The notes under the pieces were generated by a model that made no database searches, was not told the origin of the DNA, and worked only from the letters and a program-made list of their open reading frames with translations. DNA of 64,000 nucleotides from Squalus acanthias (taxonomy: Eukaryota), in contig CM059432.1 in the NCBI GenBank assembly GCA_030390025.1, forward strand, positions 77,502,001 to 77,566,000, written 5' to 3'. A program made the translations under genes and the position numbers. Positions 60,465-64,000 of this stretch are shown piece after piece (within the stretch, counting starts at the first letter, position 1; each line of letters opens with the position of its first letter).

Positions 60465-61920
60465 ACTATAAGTATCGACATAGGTTAACAAGGCCATAAA
60501 AAAGCAAACCAAACACTAGGGGGGTGATTTTGCCAATGGGGACGTGATGGAGGCGGGACTGCTGCTTGTCGGGTTTTAGTCCCGCCTCCATCGACGTCCG
60601 GCCAACCCACGCTATTTTCCCTTGATTGACCTCGTTAGCAGGCCAATTAAGGGAAAGCCGGTTACTGGTGACGTCAGCAAGTGACGATTCATCTGTCAAG
60701 AGCTTTTGACAGATGAATTGTCATCGTTTGACAGCTCTGTGAAGCTGTCAAACACTGACAATCTGTCTTCTAAGTTGAGTCCTGGGACACAGGCTTACTT
60801 AGAGATCTGTCCTGAGCAGGAAGCAGAAGGCTGATGCATTTGAGAATGCAGCGGCCATTCTGCTTTCTTTGCCGGTAAGATGAAGGACTCCCGAGACCTG
60901 AAGGGATGAAGCCTGGAGGAAGAAGCAAAGGTGAGTAAAGCTTTCAAAACACTTAGGACTCACCTCACACACTTACCTCTGGACACATGCACCCATCACT
61001 CGCCTGCACACCGGACATCTCGGCCCCTCCAACCCCCGCAGACCCACGGCTCGCCTCGCTGACCCTGACGAGGTTCGGAGCCATCGGGAAGCCTGCACTT
61101 TAGGGCTTTAATAGGGATTATCAAAAAAAATTGCCTGTTAACTACCTGCCTCCTGGGAAGATGGCAAGGAGGCGGGTTGGGGGCGGGATGGGTACCCGCC
61201 CCCAGATTCTGCCATTTTTCCGGCAGTCCCGCCTCCATAACTGCCTCCCCAGGGCTGGCAAGATCGCCCCCTAGGGTTTATTTCTAGAGGGATAGAATTG
61301 AAAAGTAGTGAAGTTATGCTAAACTTGTATCGAACCTTGGTTAGACCACACTTGGAGTACTGCGTGCAGTTCTGGTCACCATATTATAAAAAGGATATAG
61401 AGGCACTGGAGAGGGTGCAGCGAAGATTTACAAGAATGATACCAGAAATGCGAGGGTATACCTATCAGGAAAGAATGAACAGGCTGGATCTCTTTTCTCT
61501 TTAAAAGAGAAGGCTGAGGGGTGACCTAATAGAGGTTTTTAAAATCATGAAAGGTTTTGATAGAGTGGATACAGAGAGAGGGTTTCCACTTGTGGGGAAG
61601 AGCAAAACTAGAGGCCATCAATATAAGATAGTCACCAAGAAATCCAATAGGGAATTCAGAAGAAACTTCTTTACCCAGAGAGTGGTGAGAATGTGGAACT
61701 CGCTACCACAGGGAATGGTTGAAGCAAATAGTATAGATGCATTTAAGGGGCGGTTAGATAAGCCATTGAGGGAGAAGGGAATAGAGGGTTATGCTGATAG
61801 ATTTAGATGAGGAAAGACGGGAGGAGACTCGAGTGGAGCATAAACACCGGCATGGACTGGTTGGGCCGAATGGCCTGTTTCTGTGCCGTATATCCTGTGT
61901 AATCCTATGTAATCCTATGC
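60465..61920 (+). mobile_element. CR1 3' fragment split by a MITE
   Basis: [37 protein letters not shown] tail. Confidence 0.85.
60520..61271. mobile_element. Harbinger-type MITE
   Basis: TIR GGGGGTGATTTTGCCA/TGGCAAGATCGCCCCC; TAG TSD at 60517-60519 and 61272-61274. Confidence 0.85.
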
Positions 61921-64000
61921 ATTTCTCAAGGTCCAGTAATTTTGATTTTTAAACTTCTGTACTCCATTTCCTTCCCTGCCCCAACTTGCTCCCCTGCTGA
62001 CCTGTGCTCCTTGCCCTCTCTACCTCCTAATAGATTCAACTCCCTAACACGCCCACCAGCTGTGCTCCACTCCTCAACCACTCCACTCTTCACTGCTCCT
62101 CAGCAACTTCCCCCCCCCCCCCCCACCCCCACCCGATGCAATGTGCTCCCAGCTCCTCCCCAGTTCCCCACTGTGTGCTGTTCTCTGGCTCAGAATGAGA
62201 GCATGCTAAACATCATAACTGTGCTCTAGATCCCAATGCACCAACAAGGAACACTACAGATTAGTATATTTTTAAATACATCTACCTTTGTTGATGTGGT
62301 TTCATTCATAAACAGACAGCCTCATCTGCAACAGTACAAAATATCCCTTTGAACAACTGCTTTAACACCAAAAAGTCAGCTACATGTACAGAGGAATGAA
62401 TTTTCCCACTATTCATACCCACTGCTAGGTTTTCTCATCTGAATTGAATCTGAAACGGAACCCGAATTGAAGCATTAAGTCACCCAAACTGGGTTAACTT
62501 CAGATATTTTTGAATTGACCTGAAGTGGCCCAATCCATGTAAAACAGATCTAAAATTCAGGTTAGCACTGAACGCCGCTTATGTTTAAAATCTGGAACTC
62601 TGACTGCACCAGCATGCATTTCATCACCATCTCTACCAGTTCCTTGCTGATTGAAGAAAACGTCTGTGTGGCATTTGATCACATTCTTCTTCGGAAATGC
62701 TGTCGTCGGTGATTTGTATATTTAACCCCAGTAAGTTCTAACCACTGTATCATATAAAAATATAGCAACAAGCATGAGACATACTAGTGTTTCATGAGTA
62801 GTTACATAGTGGAGACAAATTCCTACAGTTTGTCCTTTTTATCTATTTATACTCAGCTACAATGGGGTAAACAGTGGGGAGCCCTGTCTGCACTGTGTCT
62901 CTTTGTATGTTCAGGACTTCATATCCTGGGGCAGTGGATTGCTTTTTAGGGCAACAGACGGCTATCTGTAAACATTTGACCACTCGTCAAGCTTCATTGC
63001 TGCAAACAGAATGACACAAATGAGCCTGTGGTCGCTGTTGTGCTTATGGCACAGAGAAAATCCATTACATCTCTTTGCAAAATACCAAGTGCAGCAGCAC
63101 TGAAACTGAGCAACTCCATAAATAACCTTAACAATAACAACCTCACGTCTTTACATTTATACAATTTCACAACCCGACAGTTGCTGAATATTGTTACTGA
63201 CGCTAACATTATTATGATTTGATCACTAATGCATGAGGTTATATACACATTGCATTAAAAAGATCGTAAGACTGGATGGCACCTTAATGCTAAGGCTTTG
63301 TAGCTTTGTTGAAAACGACAGCAAAAAAAACACATTTTTATGTTGTGCTTCACAATCATTCAGAACTGAAAGAAGAGATCTGTGCAGTTCGAAAAAGTCA
63401 TGTGCAATGTTTTATTCTTTCACAGGCACAACTTCTGTTTAAACCAGGTGCCCCTGGCCGGCACTAACCAATCTATCAGTTTATTTGGTGACTTTGCTAT
63501 TTCCATGTTTTAAAACAATTCTTATTGAAGTGTAAAACAATTGACCTTTGTTCTTATGAATAAATAGCAATTTAGATAAAACACACAATATTTGTAGAAT
63601 AACAGATATCAGAGCGAGATACAAAACTATGATCTAATCTTGGAATATATCATAAACTGCAAGATTAAATAAGGATGAGAGTAGTACTTGTTAGTCTATG
63701 CAGCCAAATTTTAAAACAATGTTTCGGTTAATAGAGGAGATAAATATAATGACCTTGGTGCAGTGGTAGGATACTGCGATATTGTGTGAAAATATCAAAG
63801 ACATGCTCAATAACTTTAAAAAACAATCTTGGTTTATTTTATTAAACCTCTCACAATGGGACAGTTCAGCCACAATAATAAAAGGTTGGGGCTGAGCAGC
63901 TGGAGCATCCTTCTGCTTTGCTAAATGAGTCTGGAGCTTGGAAATATAATTTGCAACTGTAACATCAGACAGATGAGCACTGCTGTAGCATCAGTCCATG

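Overview
Eukaryotic, repeat-dense genomic DNA. The mix of CR1, L2, Penelope, PIF/Harbinger and Deu-type SINE repeats suggests a cartilaginous fish (inference). No host exon could be identified. The main result is at 1-9775 (minus strand): a very young, tandemly repeated LTR element organised LTR-gag-ORFX-env-LTR-gag..., with a 7684-bp period and no recognisable protease, RT, RNase H or integrase. Its three ORFs are uninterrupted. Gag (CCHC knuckle) is separated from ORFX only by an in-frame UGA in the readthrough context CAA-UGA-CUA-G, so the slot normally occupied by Pol holds a novel coiled-coil/low-complexity protein. Env combines a signal peptide, an Ig-like domain and a furin-cleaved class I fusogen whose layout resembles paramyxo/pneumovirus F proteins, as reported for lokiretroviruses. 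The rest of the window consists of deeply nested CR1/L2/Penelope/Harbinger insertions, a probable solo LTR of a second family, Penelope termini with minimal hammerhead ribozymes, SINEs and a few unique stretches that may be conserved non-coding elements. All calls are by eye; no searches were run.
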